Translations under genes and position numbers: made by a program
Part shown: piece after piece, positions 13,266 through 25,319 of the stretch
Layout of the letters: each line of letters begins with the position of its first letter
Numbering within the stretch: position 1 is the stretch's first letter
The notes under the pieces: generated by a model
What the model saw: the letters and a program-made list of their open reading frames with translations, nothing else
Told to the model about the DNA's origin: nothing
Databases searched by the model: none
Assembly (NCBI GenBank): GCA_009103225.1
Contig: RHPI01002204.1
Location: 310,001 to 374,000 of the forward strand
Origin: Chlorokybus atmophyticus
Lineage: Eukaryota; Plantae; Mesostigma and Chlorokybus algae
Direction of reading: 5' to 3'
DNA: 64,000 nucleotides

Positions 13266-14282
13266 GCATAATCATGCTCTTAATGAGGTTTCCGCCAGAA
13301 ATATGTATGCGCATTGAAGAGAATATTTATGCTACTAACGAGGTGCTTTAACACATGCTTATAATCGTAGTAATCATGTTGTTGTGCGTGGTATGCAAGT
13401 GTGTGTATGGTATACACATACGTATATAATATATAGTGTTGTACTGTAGCATAGAGGCTAACAAATGGGCCAAGTAATGTGCTCATGTCCGTGTATACGC
13501 GCGTGTGCGCATGCAACCAACCCTGCTCGCATGTGTCGCCGTCGAGACTTGGTGTAACAGCCTGGGGCATTTTTTGTATTTTATTGTACATAAAGTACTT
13601 ATTTTGCCTTTTTTGCTGGCTTGATGAGGGCTTTTATGAGCTTTATTAAGCCCATGTGGCGCCTGCCCCTGCTGCCGCGCGCGACTCGCCTGCGACCTGC
13701 TCGACAGCAGCTAATTCGGCGACGTGACCCACCTGCCACGCGGTTGTGACACAGCCGCTGACTGGACACGCGCTGTGCAATGCCAGGTGACGCGGACTGC
13801 ACAGTCACACAGCCGCCGAAGGCCCAACGCGCGTGGCGGGGAGCCTGCACTTGGACCTGCCTTTAGATTTGGTAGTGAATAATGAAATGCCTGTTAATTG
13901 GGCTACTTCTTCCTAAGTGCTTGTATAAATAGAAAAACCCTATGTAATGCAACCAACTTTGTTTTCTGCTCTCTGCTGTGAGTATGCTGGTGCATGCTTG
14001 AGGGAGTTGTGGTCCAAGGCACACTGCTGCGTTTTTGCTTGGCGTGAGAAGTAGTAGTGTTCGTGTGCGTGGGCGCGCTCGACGCGTGCGTGCGTGCGCG
14101 AGTGAAGGCAAGGTTCCGGTGTGAAGATTGTGCTCAGCTGCACACATGTGTTGTATGACTTGTGTGCTGTGTATGCGAGCACGAGCATCGTTACAGTGGT
14201 ATTGGAGCCCTTGGAGGGGTTGGGTTTCTTGTTTTAAGGGGATATTAACTATCTCTTTGGTGTGTGAGGTATTTTTCTGTTT

Positions 14283-15329
14283 ATGGACGCTACCATGGAT
14301 GATGCACGTGTTGTGGAGCTTCAGCAAGTGCTGGTAGCTGCTCATGAGGAGCTGCAACGTGTCCAAGCATCTGCCCAAGCTCAAGTGGCACAATTTCAAC
14401 AAGCCATGGCGCAAGCGCGCGCGTCCACGCCCGTTACAGCTCCTGTGGTTGCCCCATCAGCCTCTCGTCATGTGAAGCTACCAAAACCAAAGCCATTCAA
14501 GGGTCAGAGGGACGGTGACTGTGTGGAGGAATGGGTGTTTGCCGTTTCGACATGGTTAAAGCTCACCGAGGTACCTATACATCTCCGTGTCGATGTGGCT
14601 GCTACTTTCTTTGAGGGAGCTGCACTTGTGTGGTGGCGTCATCGTTGTGCTCGTGTGGAAGCTGGTCTTGAGGTTCCTTTCACTACCGTGGCTGAGCTGG
14701 CTGCTGAGGTGAAGAAACAGTTCGTACCGGTGGAGAGTGTGAAGACGGCACGCGACCAGCTCTCTACGCTTGTGCAAACGCAGTCCGTGATGGCCTATAC
14801 CTCTGCGTTTCAGCGTCTTGTGCTCTCTGTACCGAACATGACTGAGGAGGAGCAGCTGGACCGCTACACGCGCGGGTTGAAGACTCTTTGTCGCAAGGAA
14901 GTTGAGCTTCGTGACGCCAAGACTCTCGCGGAGGCCATTCGCATTGCTGAGCGCACGGACGTGTTGTACTTCAAGGGGGCTGCCAAAAACACTGATCGTG
15001 GACATTACAATCACTTCCGTGGAGGTTCGTATCGCTCATACGCATCTGTTGGGGCTGGTTCGGGAGCTGCAGCAGCTCAGGGGGCTGGCTTGGGACCAAC
15101 TCCAATGGAATTGGGTGCGCTCCATGTTGCTATGAAGGCCCCAAAGGGTCGGGAGGCTGCCAAGGCTGTTCGGAAGTGCTGGGAGTGCTCTTCTGCTGAT
15201 CACGTGCGCTCCAACTGCCCTATCTATAAGGCAAAGTCTGCTGCACATGCCCGCAACGCTCGCAGCGGTGGACGCGTGAACATGGTGGAGGAGGAGATGT
15301 TGCAGCCGGGAAACGGCTCACCTCAGTAG
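14283..15329 (+). CDS. gag: chromovirus Gag
   Basis: 348-aa ORF with retrotransposon gag domain, PTPMELG motif and CCHC knuckle CWECSSADHVRSNC. Confidence 0.93.
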   Translation: MDATMDDARVVELQQVLVAAHEELQRVQASAQAQVAQFQQAMAQARASTPVTAPVVAPSASRHVKLPKPKPFKGQRDGDCVEEWVFAVSTWLKLTEVPIHLRVDVAATFFEGAALVWWRHRCARVEAGLEVPFTTVAELAAEVKKQFVPVESVKTARDQLSTLVQTQSVMAYTSAFQRLVLSVPNMTEEEQLDRYTRGLKTLCRKEVELRDAKTLAEAIRIAERTDVLYFKGAAKNTDRGHYNHFRGGSYRSYASVGAGSGAAAAQGAGLGPTPMELGALHVAMKAPKGREAAKAVRKCWECSSADHVRSNCPIYKAKSAAHARNARSGGRVNMVEEEMLQPGNGSPQ

Positions 15330-15352
15330 CTGGAGAGGCTCCTGCTGAGGTG
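15308..15352 (+). promoter_or_regulatory. -1 programmed ribosomal frameshift signal
   Basis: Slippery heptamer G GGA AAC (15308-15314) is in the gag frame. It is followed by an 11-bp stem, CACCTCAGTAG (15319-15329) / CTGCTGAGGTG (15342-15352). pol is in the -1 frame. Confidence 0.85.
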
Positions 15353-18300
15353 GTGATGCAGCCTCACTATGATGTTGAATGTCCAGCGGCTGGCGTGGAA
15401 GCGTTGTTGACGGTTGGCGGCATGTGCGCAACGGCAACGCAAAGCGGTATGGTTCGAGTGCCCGACAAGGCGAGGCAGCTGTTGGGAGTCATGGCTCTGA
15501 TCCGTGAGGGCAATGGGCCATGGATGGAGTGCAAGATGCTGGTGGATTGCGGCGCGAACAGCAATTTCATGAGTCGTGAGGTTGCGCGTCGGCACAAGTG
15601 GTTGTCATGGGCAAATGCCGGCTCGGTGGCTCTAGCGGACGGCTATGCGCCAGCAGGAGGAGCTTCCAAGCAAAGCAAAGAGCTTGAAATGCACGTGGGG
15701 ATGATGAAGGATCGCCTACGGTTTTGCTGCATCGAGCTGAACAACGGCTTTGATGGCATTTTGGGGCTGCCTTGGCTTTGGTCACATAACCCCGCCATTG
15801 ATTGGAGGAAGCGGGTGCTCACTACCCCGGAAGCTGGTGGTGAGGTTTTGATGTGCTTCAATGCTTCAATGCAAGGCGCGTGTGTGGTTCAAGAGCGTGT
15901 GAGCTGCGTCGAGGCTGCTAGCAATGTGCTGCATGCGCGTGACGCGCACGACACGACGGCGCGCCAGCAAGCTGCACCACAACATGCTTCTAGCTCAAGG
16001 GGAGGGGTTCCAGAGCTGGTGTCACAAGTTTCTAAGACCAAGATGGAGCAGATCTGGTCCGGGAACAATGTGAAGGATGCATGGCTGTGCATGGTGCGTG
16101 AGACACCTCCCAAGTCGGACTTGGAGCTGGTCGGCACTGGTTCGGAGAGTTCGAAGGACCCCGAGGTGCAGAGGTTGCTTGAAGAGTTCAAAGACGTCAT
16201 GGTGGATGGGCTACCAGCTGGTCTGCCACCCACGCGAAGTGTTGATCACCGTGTGGAACTGATAGAGGGCGTGCACAAGCCGCCGTACCGACCGGTGTAC
16301 AAGTTGTCTCCGGCTGAACTCGAAGAGGCGAGGAGCCAAGTCGAGGACCTTCTACAACGTGGGTACATCAGGCACAGCAAGTCTCCTTACGGTGCACCTA
16401 TCCTATTTGTACGTAAGAAGAGCGGAGCCTTGCGCATGTGCATCGACTATCGGCCACTCAACAACATCACCAAGAAGAATGTGTTCCCTTTGCCACGCAT
16501 TGATGAGTTGTTGGAGCAGCTCGAGGGTGCTGAGTTCTTCTCAAGCTTGGACCTAGCTGGTGGCTACCATCAGATCCGTGTTGCGCCCGAAGACGTTGAG
16601 AAGACGGCTTTCAACACTCGCTATGGCCACTATGAGTGGTTGGTGATGTCCTTTGGCATGACAAATGCTCCGGCAACCTTTCAAACCTTGATGAATGAGG
16701 TCTTTGCTGATCTGATTGGCAAGGGCGTGCTAGTGTACCTCGACGACATCCTTGTGTACACAAAGAGCAAGAGAGAGCACGTGGCATTGCTACACGAGGT
16801 GATGCAGCGTTTACGTACACACAAGTTGTTTGCTCAGCTCAACAAGTGCCGCTTCTTGCTTGAAGAGGTAGAATACCTTGGCCACATTGTATCCAAGCAA
16901 GGAATCAAGGCAGATCCAAGCAAGCTTGCCGCGGTGCGCGATTGGGCTGCCCCGAAGGACGTGAAGGGTGTCATGTCGTTCCTAGGGCTTGCCGGCTACT
17001 ATCGTAAGTTTGTAAAGGGCTTTTCGCACTTGGCGGCACCATTGACGGCATTGTTGAGGAAGGGGGTGGCTTGGAGCTGGTCGGAGGCTGCAACAAAGGC
17101 ATTTTCCGACTTGAAAGAGGCCCTGACATCGGCTCCCGTGCTGCTGCATCCCAACATGCAATTGCCCTTTGTGGTGGCGTGTGATGCGTCCGACAAGGCT
17201 ATTGGGGCTGTTTTGCAGCAGGATCACGGCAACGGCTTGCAACCGGTGGCCTATTTCAGCAAGAAGATGAGCGGGGCTGAGCTCAACTACCCCGTTCATG
17301 AGAAGGAATTGCTGGCGCAGGTGCTAGCGCTACGGCAATGGCGTTGTTTCCTTGAAGGCAAGCGGTTCACACTTGAGACGGACCACTCGCCATTAAGGTA
17401 CCTTCAAACGCAGCCTCACCTCTCACGGCGGCAAGCTCGTTGGCTCGAGTTCTTCCAACTCTTCGACTTTGAAGTGAAGTACAAGCCGGGCTCTTCAAAT
17501 AAGGTTGCGGACGCATTAAGCCGTCAACTCAACGCGCTTGAAACGGTGGTGCAAGTGCAGCCCAAGTGGCTTGACCAGATCCGTGCCTTATTGCATGAGG
17601 ACGCGGTGGGGGAGAAGACCATTGAGGCGTTGGAGAATGGGACTGAACATAGCGGCCTTTGGGCATTGAAGGACGGGCTGCTATGGCATGGCGATCGCAT
17701 GTACATACCCAAAATTGCGCACATGCGCGTGGCATTGATGAAGGAAGCGCATGATGTGCCAATGGCTGGTCATCAAGGTCTGCAACGGACACTAGCCTTG
17801 TTGAAACAGAAATTTCTCTGGTCGGAGATGCATCGTGACGTTAAGGACTATGTGGCATTGTGCGACACTTGTCAAAGGGTGAAGGCGAGCAATCAACGCG
17901 CCAGTGGGCTGCTCCAACCATTGCCGATACCTTTGACGAAGTGGGAGCAAGTTACTCTTGACTTCATCACGGGGCTGCCACGGACACGTGAAGGGCATGA
18001 TGCTATCTTGGTGTTTGTGGACAAGACTAGCAAAATGGTGCAATTGGCGCCATGTACGGAGACTTGCACAGCTCCCGAGGCTGCCAAGTTGTTCATCAAG
18101 CATGTGGTGCGCTCTCATGACGTTCCAAAAAGCATTATCAGTGATAGAGACCCGCGGTTTACTGGCAACTTTTGGAGAGCTCTCCACGCAACTCTAGGCA
18201 CGAGCTTGAAGTTCAGCACCGCGTACCACCCTGAAACGGACGGCCAAACGGAGCGCGCCAACCGCGTCATCGAAGACATGCTACGGTGCTATGTGAACAG

Positions 18301-19036
18301 CCGCCAAGACAATTGGGGAGACATGCTGGAGCTGATTGAGTTCACCATTAACAACCACAAGAGTGCAAGCACGGGCGTGACACCTTTCCTTATGAACTAT
18401 GGGCAACATCCATTGACGCCATTGACGGCGTGGGTGCCTAGCATGCAAAGTTCAGATGTGGAGGCCGTGGACGGCTTTCTTGAAAGGTGTGCCGACATTA
18501 CCAAGGCAGCTCGAGAGGCTCTGCTTGTGGCGCAAAACCGGCAAAAGCAATACGCCGATGCGCGTCGCAAGGATGTTGTGTTCGAGGAGGGTGACCTTGT
18601 AATGCTTTCAACCAAGCATGTGCAGCTGGTCACGGGGGTGCGCAAGCTGAGTGAGCGATGGTTTGGGCCCTTTAAAGTGATCAAGGTCATCTCGAAGGTG
18701 GCCTACAAGCTGGAGCTGCCCAATACCATGCATGTGCACCCTGTTTTTCATGTCTCGCTTCTTAAAGGTTATCGAGGGGAGCCACCAGCTCGTCCGCCTC
18801 CAGATGTGGTTCGTGAAGGTGAGGCTGAGTGGGAAGTGGAAGCAATTGTCACGGACAAGCTGATCCGAGGCGTGCGCAAGTATTTAGTGAAGTGGCGTGG
18901 CTATCCAATGCACGAGGCGACATACGAGCCCGAGGAGAGCTTTACCAATGCCAAACAGGTCTTGCAAGACTACAAGGCCAGAGGAGGCAGTCGTCAGCTT
19001 CGAGGACGAAGCTCCCCCGGGGGGGAAGGGGTGTAA
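15350..19036 (+). CDS. pol: chromovirus Pol (PR-RT-RNase H-IN-chromodomain)
   Basis: LVDCGA protease, YLDDIL RT, CDASD RNase H, HHCC plus DDE integrase, and C-terminal chromodomain WEVEAIV..YLVKWRGY..TYEPE. Confidence 0.96.
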   Translation: MVMQPHYDVECPAAGVEALLTVGGMCATATQSGMVRVPDKARQLLGVMALIREGNGPWMECKMLVDCGANSNFMSREVARRHKWLSWANAGSVALADGYAPAGGASKQSKELEMHVGMMKDRLRFCCIELNNGFDGILGLPWLWSHNPAIDWRKRVLTTPEAGGEVLMCFNASMQGACVVQERVSCVEAASNVLHARDAHDTTARQQAAPQHASSSRGGVPELVSQVSKTKMEQIWSGNNVKDAWLCMVRETPPKSDLELVGTGSESSKDPEVQRLLEEFKDVMVDGLPAGLPPTRSVDHRVELIEGVHKPPYRPVYKLSPAELEEARSQVEDLLQRGYIRHSKSPYGAPILFVRKKSGALRMCIDYRPLNNITKKNVFPLPRIDELLEQLEGAEFFSSLDLAGGYHQIRVAPEDVEKTAFNTRYGHYEWLVMSFGMTNAPATFQTLMNEVFADLIGKGVLVYLDDILVYTKSKREHVALLHEVMQRLRTHKLFAQLNKCRFLLEEVEYLGHIVSKQGIKADPSKLAAVRDWAAPKDVKGVMSFLGLAGYYRKFVKGFSHLAAPLTALLRKGVAWSWSEAATKAFSDLKEALTSAPVLLHPNMQLPFVVACDASDKAIGAVLQQDHGNGLQPVAYFSKKMSGAELNYPVHEKELLAQVLALRQWRCFLEGKRFTLETDHSPLRYLQTQPHLSRRQARWLEFFQLFDFEVKYKPGSSNKVADALSRQLNALETVVQVQPKWLDQIRALLHEDAVGEKTIEALENGTEHSGLWALKDGLLWHGDRMYIPKIAHMRVALMKEAHDVPMAGHQGLQRTLALLKQKFLWSEMHRDVKDYVALCDTCQRVKASNQRASGLLQPLPIPLTKWEQVTLDFITGLPRTREGHDAILVFVDKTSKMVQLAPCTETCTAPEAAKLFIKHVVRSHDVPKSIISDRDPRFTGNFWRALHATLGTSLKFSTAYHPETDGQTERANRVIEDMLRCYVNSRQDNWGDMLELIEFTINNHKSASTGVTPFLMNYGQHPLTPLTAWVPSMQSSDVEAVDGFLERCADITKAAREALLVAQNRQKQYADARRKDVVFEEGDLVMLSTKHVQLVTGVRKLSERWFGPFKVIKVISKVAYKLELPNTMHVHPVFHVSLLKGYRGEPPARPPPDVVREGEAEWEVEAIVTDKLIRGVRKYLVKWRGYPMHEATYEPEESFTNAKQVLQDYKARGGSRQLRGRSSPGGEGV

Positions 19037-19679
19037 CAGCCTGGGGCATTTTTTGTATTTTATTGTACATAAAGTACTTATTTTGCCTTTTTTGCTGGCT
19101 TGATGAGGGCTTTTATGAGCTTTATTAAGCCCATGTGGCGCCTGCCCCTGCTGCCGCGCGCGACTCGCCTGCGACCTGCTCGACAGCAGCTAATTCGGCG
19201 ACGTGACCCACCTGCCACGCGGTTGTGACACAGCCGCTGACTGGACACGCGCTGTGCAGTGCCAGGTGACGCGGACTGCACAGTCACACAGCCGCCGAAG
19301 GCCCAACGCGCGTGGCGGGGAGCCTGCACTTGGACCTGCCTTTATATTTGGTAGTGAATAATGAAATGCCTGTTAATTAGGCTATTTCTTCCTAAGTGCT
19401 TGTATAAATAGAAAAACCCTGTGTAATGCAACCAACTTTGTTTTCTGCTCTCTGCTGTGAGTATGCTGGTGCATGCTTGAGGGAGTTGTGGTCCAAGGCA
19501 CACTGCTGCGTTCTTGCTTGGCGTGAGAAGTAGTAGTGTTCGTGTGCGTGGGCGCGCTCGACGCGTGCGTGCGTGCGCGAGTGAAGGCAAGGTTCCGGTG
19601 TGAAGATTGTGCTCAGCTGCACACATGTGTTGTATGACTTGTGTGCTGTGTATGTGAGCACGAGCATCGTTACACNTGG

Positions 19680-21130
19680 AGCGTGCTAGGATGTTGAAGT
19701 GACGCCACTCTTCTTCCAGCATCTTCATGGTGGTGGCGGTCAGCTTGCTATACGCCTCGCGACACCATATGATCGCCTCTCTGAGCCGCACTTTAACTTT
19801 GCTCAGATTGGTTGTGGGGTCGGCATCGTACTGCTGCAACAAGGGGGCAACAAGCTTCCGCTTGTACCTGTCACATATCACGGGAGAACGCATATCAAAC
19901 TCCGACGAACAAAGGGGGTCCGGCGCAAATATTTTTATACGTTTTTAAATTGATCAGCTTGTTGCTTACCTGAGCAATGCAGTAATTGCAAGGAAAGCAA
20001 TGTGTACTTGGCTTTAAACGCTGCAATGATGCCAGCGTCCATAGGTTGAACCTTGCTGGTCGTGTTGGGAGGCAGGAACAGGCACTTCACGTTGTCCACC
20101 TCCAGCGTCTTAAACCCCTTTTCCGTGCCACCACACCATACTTGCAGGTGTGTGTAAAGGAGTTGTCCACCAGCAGCAGGACTTTGCGCTTCCGCAGCTT
20201 CATGTGAAAGGCGAGGTTGCACAACCAGCGGCTGAAGATCTGCACAAGATACAATGTTCAATTGCATGCCACATACATAATCAAACTTGCAGTTGACAAC
20301 ACCTTACCTCCAATTCATCCAAGCATTCTTGTACTCAACACCAATGCGAATGGGAGTCCATGTGCTTCCGAAAGACTTTAGCCTTTTTAGATGTACCAAT
20401 GAGTAGAAGTGGCAACTTCTCGGACCTGTCTGCATTCACACATACGCCACCGTGAATCTGTCCTTCTCTCTCTTCCCCCTCGAGCTTCCTTACTGGCAAT
20501 GACCAGTGTGCGACGGGGACGGGCTCTATAGAACACGCCACTCTCGTTCTTGGTAAAAGTGTTGCAGGGGCCATACTCCTGAATGATTTCTGGCAAGTCC
20601 GCGCGGGCGGGATATCCACCCCCTCTTTATCTGCATCATTCGCTTCACTGTGCAGAGCTTTTGCAGATATGGCATAACGTGGCTTAATCAATTCACCCAC
20701 CCGTGTGATGCGTTAAATCTTTTATGCCAACTTTGCTAGCAAAGTCTGGACTCTTCTCTATGAAGATCTGATCCGTGATGGTGGCATTGCGAGCATGAGT
20801 TTGTGTAAACCATGTGTACAAAGCTTCCTCTAACTTTAGGTGAGCGGCAAGACGCATTCGCTTTGCAGCAAAATTTCCTTTTTAGGCTAACGTGCCCACA
20901 ATCTTGGCACAAGTATGCAACAGCTTGTGCTTCCAACTAATGAAACACGACACTCTGTTTGATAACCAACTTTAACTTGGCCTTCATGTTGGCGATGAAG
21001 TCCGCTTGCTTGACGATGGAGTTGGCACATTTTATCATACAACTCGAGAATGCGCTTCTTATCCTTCAAAGTGCTGTTGCTACATTCGAGGGGCCGTTGG
21101 GATGATATGCTACCGTAGCAAAGCATGAAC
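19680..21130 (-). pseudogene. pogo/Tigger (CENP-B-like DDE_1) transposase remnant, interrupted at its 3' end by the chromovirus
   Basis: Frameshifted fragments: TLKDKKRILE (N-terminal HTH), NESGVFYRARPRRTL, CVNADRSEKLPLLLIG, FLPPNTTSKVQPMDAGIIAAFKAKY and AIIWCREAYSKLT..WRHFNIL. The sequence resumes left of the 5' LTR at 13547. Confidence 0.88.
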
Positions 21131-21522
21131 ACCCCTCAATATGCGCTCACGCAGTCACACTCCGAGTGGAGTCCATATTGGAACGCACGTATAAACATCA
21201 CACGCCTTGGTAGAAGCGCCTCACAAGTTTGGTTCAACTACGCCCCTACCAGTGCGTGCAATGCCTTGCTACATTTCATTCTCCTGCAGGCACCTCCCCA
21301 CGCGCCGCCGCCGTCGCATCGTGGGCCACCTCCAGGGCCTGCTGGACGAGCTCGTGGCGGCGTCAAGGCACGTGCACGCTTGTGCCTACGCTGCGGCTAC
21401 CCCGATAACAGAACACAAGCACCAGTTTTTTGAGCCTGAAAAGTTAGGCTTATTACGTTGGAGAATATTCTGTTGAGCAGCAGTATTTGCCTGTAAAATG
21501 ATCGGTCTTGAAAAAATTACGA

Positions 21523-21790
21523 TGTTAACGGGGTTGTTCTCTTAAACCAAAGTCTGTTGCCGGGGTAAGACTATACAGAGCGTCTAACGACTGGCGCGCG
21601 CGGTTTACGGTACAGTGTAGGCTGCCGGCCAACTGACCGGGAAGTTTACCCAGTCAGTTAGCCGTAGTCAAGTCGCCCCTTTCGCTCCACGGTTTTGGGG
21701 AGCAAAAGGTGCGACCTAGCCGCGGCTAAGTAGCCGCGGATCAGCCTGATCGCTACCAGGCTAGTTGCTTACGCTGCAAACTGTTAACGG
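21523..21790 (+). other. TGTTAACGG-bounded, hairpin-rich segment B
   Basis: TGTTAACGG occurs at 21523 and 21782. Consecutive stems: AACTGAC/GTCAGTT (extended by G-U pairs), GTCGC/GCGAC, CCGCGGCTA/TAGCCGCGG, AGCCTG/CAGGCT. Confidence 0.5.
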
Positions 21791-21826
21791 AATCATAATC
21801 TCAAAAGCAAAACGTGTTGTAACTTA

Positions 21827-22240
21827 CCGTATTTACCCGGTCAGAGCCCCCCAATTGATGAGGGGGAGTACTCTATAACGGAGTCATAACCTCAAAACAA
21901 AACGTGTTGTAACTTACCGTATTTACCCTATCAAGCCCCTCAATTCATGAGGGGGAGTACTCTATTGAATGGGGGCTTCTATCGGTCGAGGGGGGGCGCT
22001 ATCCGGCCGCAGTATGGTATCGACAGTAACATACGACGGCCACGGCATTGTGTCTTGGCCTCTTTTACAATGTCATGACCTGTTGTATAGTGTTTTGGCC
22101 GGTTATAGGGGCGTCGGTTGTAGGGGGCAAAAGGGGGGTTGTATACGAAAAGGGGGGCTGTGCATGTAAACATAGCCCCCCTCCCAAAAAACCGGGGGGG
22201 AACACTATTCGAGGGGGGGCTTCAAACCGGGTAAATACGG
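21827..22240. mobile_element. non-autonomous Tc2/pogo-type MITE
   Basis: TA|CCGTATTTACCCGGT..ACCGGGTAAATACGG|TA (TIRs plus TA TSD). A second left-TIR copy at 21917 lies within a ~91-bp tandem duplication (21785-21875 and 21876-21964). Confidence 0.85.
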
Positions 22241-24529
22241 TATATCTACTTGTGAGGGAAGCATGTGTGACGCATATGGCAAGGTGCGTGGTTTACATGC
22301 CTCGAGCGCGTGCCCAACCCGCCGGAGGGCAGAATGGCACAAATGCTTACTGCTCTTATGACAGTGATATTTCTCATGCTGCATGTTAATTTAACTAACC
22401 TTTAACAATGTCATACATAAGCGTTATACGAATCGCGCGAAACCAGTGGGGACAATCGTGGAAACCGGGCACCAAAGTTGGTTTTTGCGGTTCCATGCCA
22501 GATGCGATCTTGGTTCGCGGGCTTCCACAGCCAACTATTGCCCCCCGGTGCGGACGACCGCACCATACATAGTTGTATAAAGTTTTTTGCGGTAGTAGCA
22601 TTGCTGATGCATGGCCTTCAAGCATGTATGGTGTTGTTTAGTAATGCAATAATTAACATGTGCAGTACATAACATCTGCACACCTATTAGCTAATATTGA
22701 GACCTTGAATTTTATAACGAAGGTAGTACATAACGGAGTCCCTAGAATTGCGTATTAATTATAAACTCGGGTTACATTCAACAAGTTGACATGCGAACTG
22801 GTGTGCACACGTATCTTTTACATTGTTGACACGTACATACAATGTAATGTACTACATTATCGTACATTGTAATGCAGCTAGCCTTGCAATTGACCTCATA
22901 CCACAACAAAACACTTAACTCATTCAAGTGGTGCAAGATCATAGCAACACCACCGCAATGCGCTATAATGCCTTGCATATTGCTTAGCGCGCTCGTTTGC
23001 AGGTCAACAATCACATAGCATGCTGGCATGAGTTATGCGGCACACCTGAACTGAGCATTTGCACTTTGCTTGCATTGACATTAATTGTTTTCCTCAATTA
23101 TGAGATGTACCAAGATTCAAGTTGCCATAGTTAACACGCGTGTTGCGACTTGTGTCCAGCCATGCGTCCAGCCAGAGTGTGCAGGTGAGACTGCACCTGA
23201 AGGTATTGGGTTGATGAAATCCGCTTTATTATCCGCACCCCTTGGTTACAATTGACAATTGAGCCAAGTTTATAGACCCCACATTTCTTAAGGTTGTCTG
23301 GCTCCATCTTTTTTCTGAAATGTTTCATGGCGATGGTTTACAAATGAGTCAATAATCCTGAACACAGTGTACGCACCGAGTGTTTATTTTGGGCATAGCA
23401 GCACCACACAGTTAGCCTGCAATTAACAGATGCAATGAGCACACGTGCTATGGATAGCAGCATGCAATACGCACCTCCAACAATAGCGCAAATATTTATA
23501 GAAAAGTGCAAAAATGAGATGCGGTGCTCTGTGCATATGACTTGCGCGTAGCAAGTGGTGAGCTACACTGCAAAGAACAAAAGGCAAGGATCACACAGCT
23601 CATGAGATAAAGGCACGAACTTGGTGCCTTAATGGCGAAAGGTCATATATAGAAAGCACACTTTCGGCAACTTCTTTCCCCAGCCTTGATTGGGCGGAAG
23701 TGGTCAATAAAGGAAAACAGCAACATGAAAAGTCATACTTCTGGTGTATACTGTTTGCTGGCGCTGCAACAGATGGTCGCTCACCTTTTTGTATTAAAGA
23801 GTACCTTAATTGTGTTAATTACACTGTTGTGGATCCCGGCGGAAAGCAATTCGGAATCGGGGTTCCACAAAACCGAACCGGGCCTGGTACGATCGGTCGC
23901 GCCAAGGATGCCGCCCTGAGACCCTTGTCGGATGGAGTCCGTGCCATGCTTAGCGTGGATATATGGTGCGAGCGTCTGCACTAGGGTACAAATTTGGCGC
24001 AATCGGGTGCCAGGGCTGCGAGGCGGCGTACAAAGCCGCGTATCTATGGCGCGCAACTGAACTTAGAAGCACGCGTGTACTCACATGAAAGATTCAGCGT
24101 AGACCATACTTCCGTAAACAGCATGCATAGTTCGCCTGCAGTTGCCATACAAAGTTCTGATACAGGCCATGCATGCACCATATGTGGTGGCATGGGTAGT
24201 GTCAGCCATATTCCCCACCTGTTACACCATACAAGCTGCATAATCATGCCATATCAAGGCCGGTGCAAATAGTGAACCATGCAAGGTTCGCACTCAATCC
24301 ACCGCCACACATGGCGTATACATCTTTATGACCATGCATGGCGTCACATGTTAATCACCATATGTAGTGTATGAGGCACGGCCATGTATGGCGCGCGTGT
24401 TAACCATACCTCTAGTGCATTGCTGCCAGGCATGGTCTAAATATCTGACCAAGTGTGGCCACAGTTATGTACGGCCATGGCCGGTGTACACATGCGTGTA
24501 TATGGTGTTACAGCTTGCCATAAATGGCG

Positions 24530-24780
24530 AACGGCGTTACTTGCTAGCACCAAGTGTCACGGTGCTGATATACTTGCACAATGGCAATCAACGTCAGCCA
24601 TCAGTTGAAAGGAACCTCAAATGCGTTACTTGCCCAAAAAAAGTGGCAGGCCTGTTGCTGCATGCACAGAATGGCAGTAAACGTTAGCAATCAGTTAAAT
24701 GCAACCCAAATGGCGTTACGTGTGAAGAATAATGGCAGGTTTGTCGCTACATGCGCATAATGGCAGTTAACATCAATTTT
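24530..24780 (+). repeat. degenerate tandem repeat, ~88-91-bp unit x3
   Basis: Recurring GCGTTAC..AATGGCA(A/G)T..AAC.T.AGC.ATCAGTT. Confidence 0.6.
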
Positions 24781-25319
24781 GCAACAACTATAGCTACCGG
24801 CGTGTTTAAGCGCTATGCAATTGAGAGCTATTGATTGCCGTTCGTTTGATGCACGCTTGACGCGTTGCCTAAGCATGGTGGCAAATAGCGTGTGTGAGTG
24901 GTCATAAGCAATCACATGACACTGTAACACTGTGCGCATTGGGCAAGCTTGGAAAAAGCAAGCAATTGAAGGCATGGAGGATGTCTGGCAATCGCCGTGG
25001 CGCCACCGTGCCGCTACTTGTGTGGACAACGCGTGCGTAGTAGGACGCGAAGACAAACAATGGCACAAGAATTCTGACCATCTGAGCGTGGTTGCTGTTT
25101 GAGAAGTGCCGAACACGCGTGCCGACGCATATCTTGTTGTGCATGCTCCATTCCGAATGACCACATTGATTTACAACAATGCATTGCTATTTTCACATTT
25201 TCATCGCCACACATTAATATCATCAATGCACACAACCTTTACGCTTGTTGCATAAAGGTCTTGACACTCAAGCAATATCCCTACCCACAAGATAGCTACC
25301 TTCTTACAATACTTGACCC

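Larger units (their letters stand above)
13553..19674 (+). mobile_element. full-length Ty3/Gypsy chromovirus
   Basis: 643-bp LTRs (13553-14195, 19032-19674; TGTAAC..GTTACA; 7 differences by eye). 5-bp TSD CTTGG/CNTGG. PBS TGGTATTGGAGCC fits tRNAiMet with two wobble pairs. PPT lies before 19032. gag and pol ORFs are open. Confidence 0.97.

Noticed and set aside
13599-14414. Minus-strand ORFs in the chromovirus LTRs (also 19078-19667)
   Set aside because: They lie in LTR sequence, are duplicated only because the LTR is, and show no domain signature.
12858-21790. Fanzor/TnpB omegaRNA interpretation of the two structured segments
   Set aside because: No RuvC-like ORF or remnant is visible near either segment.
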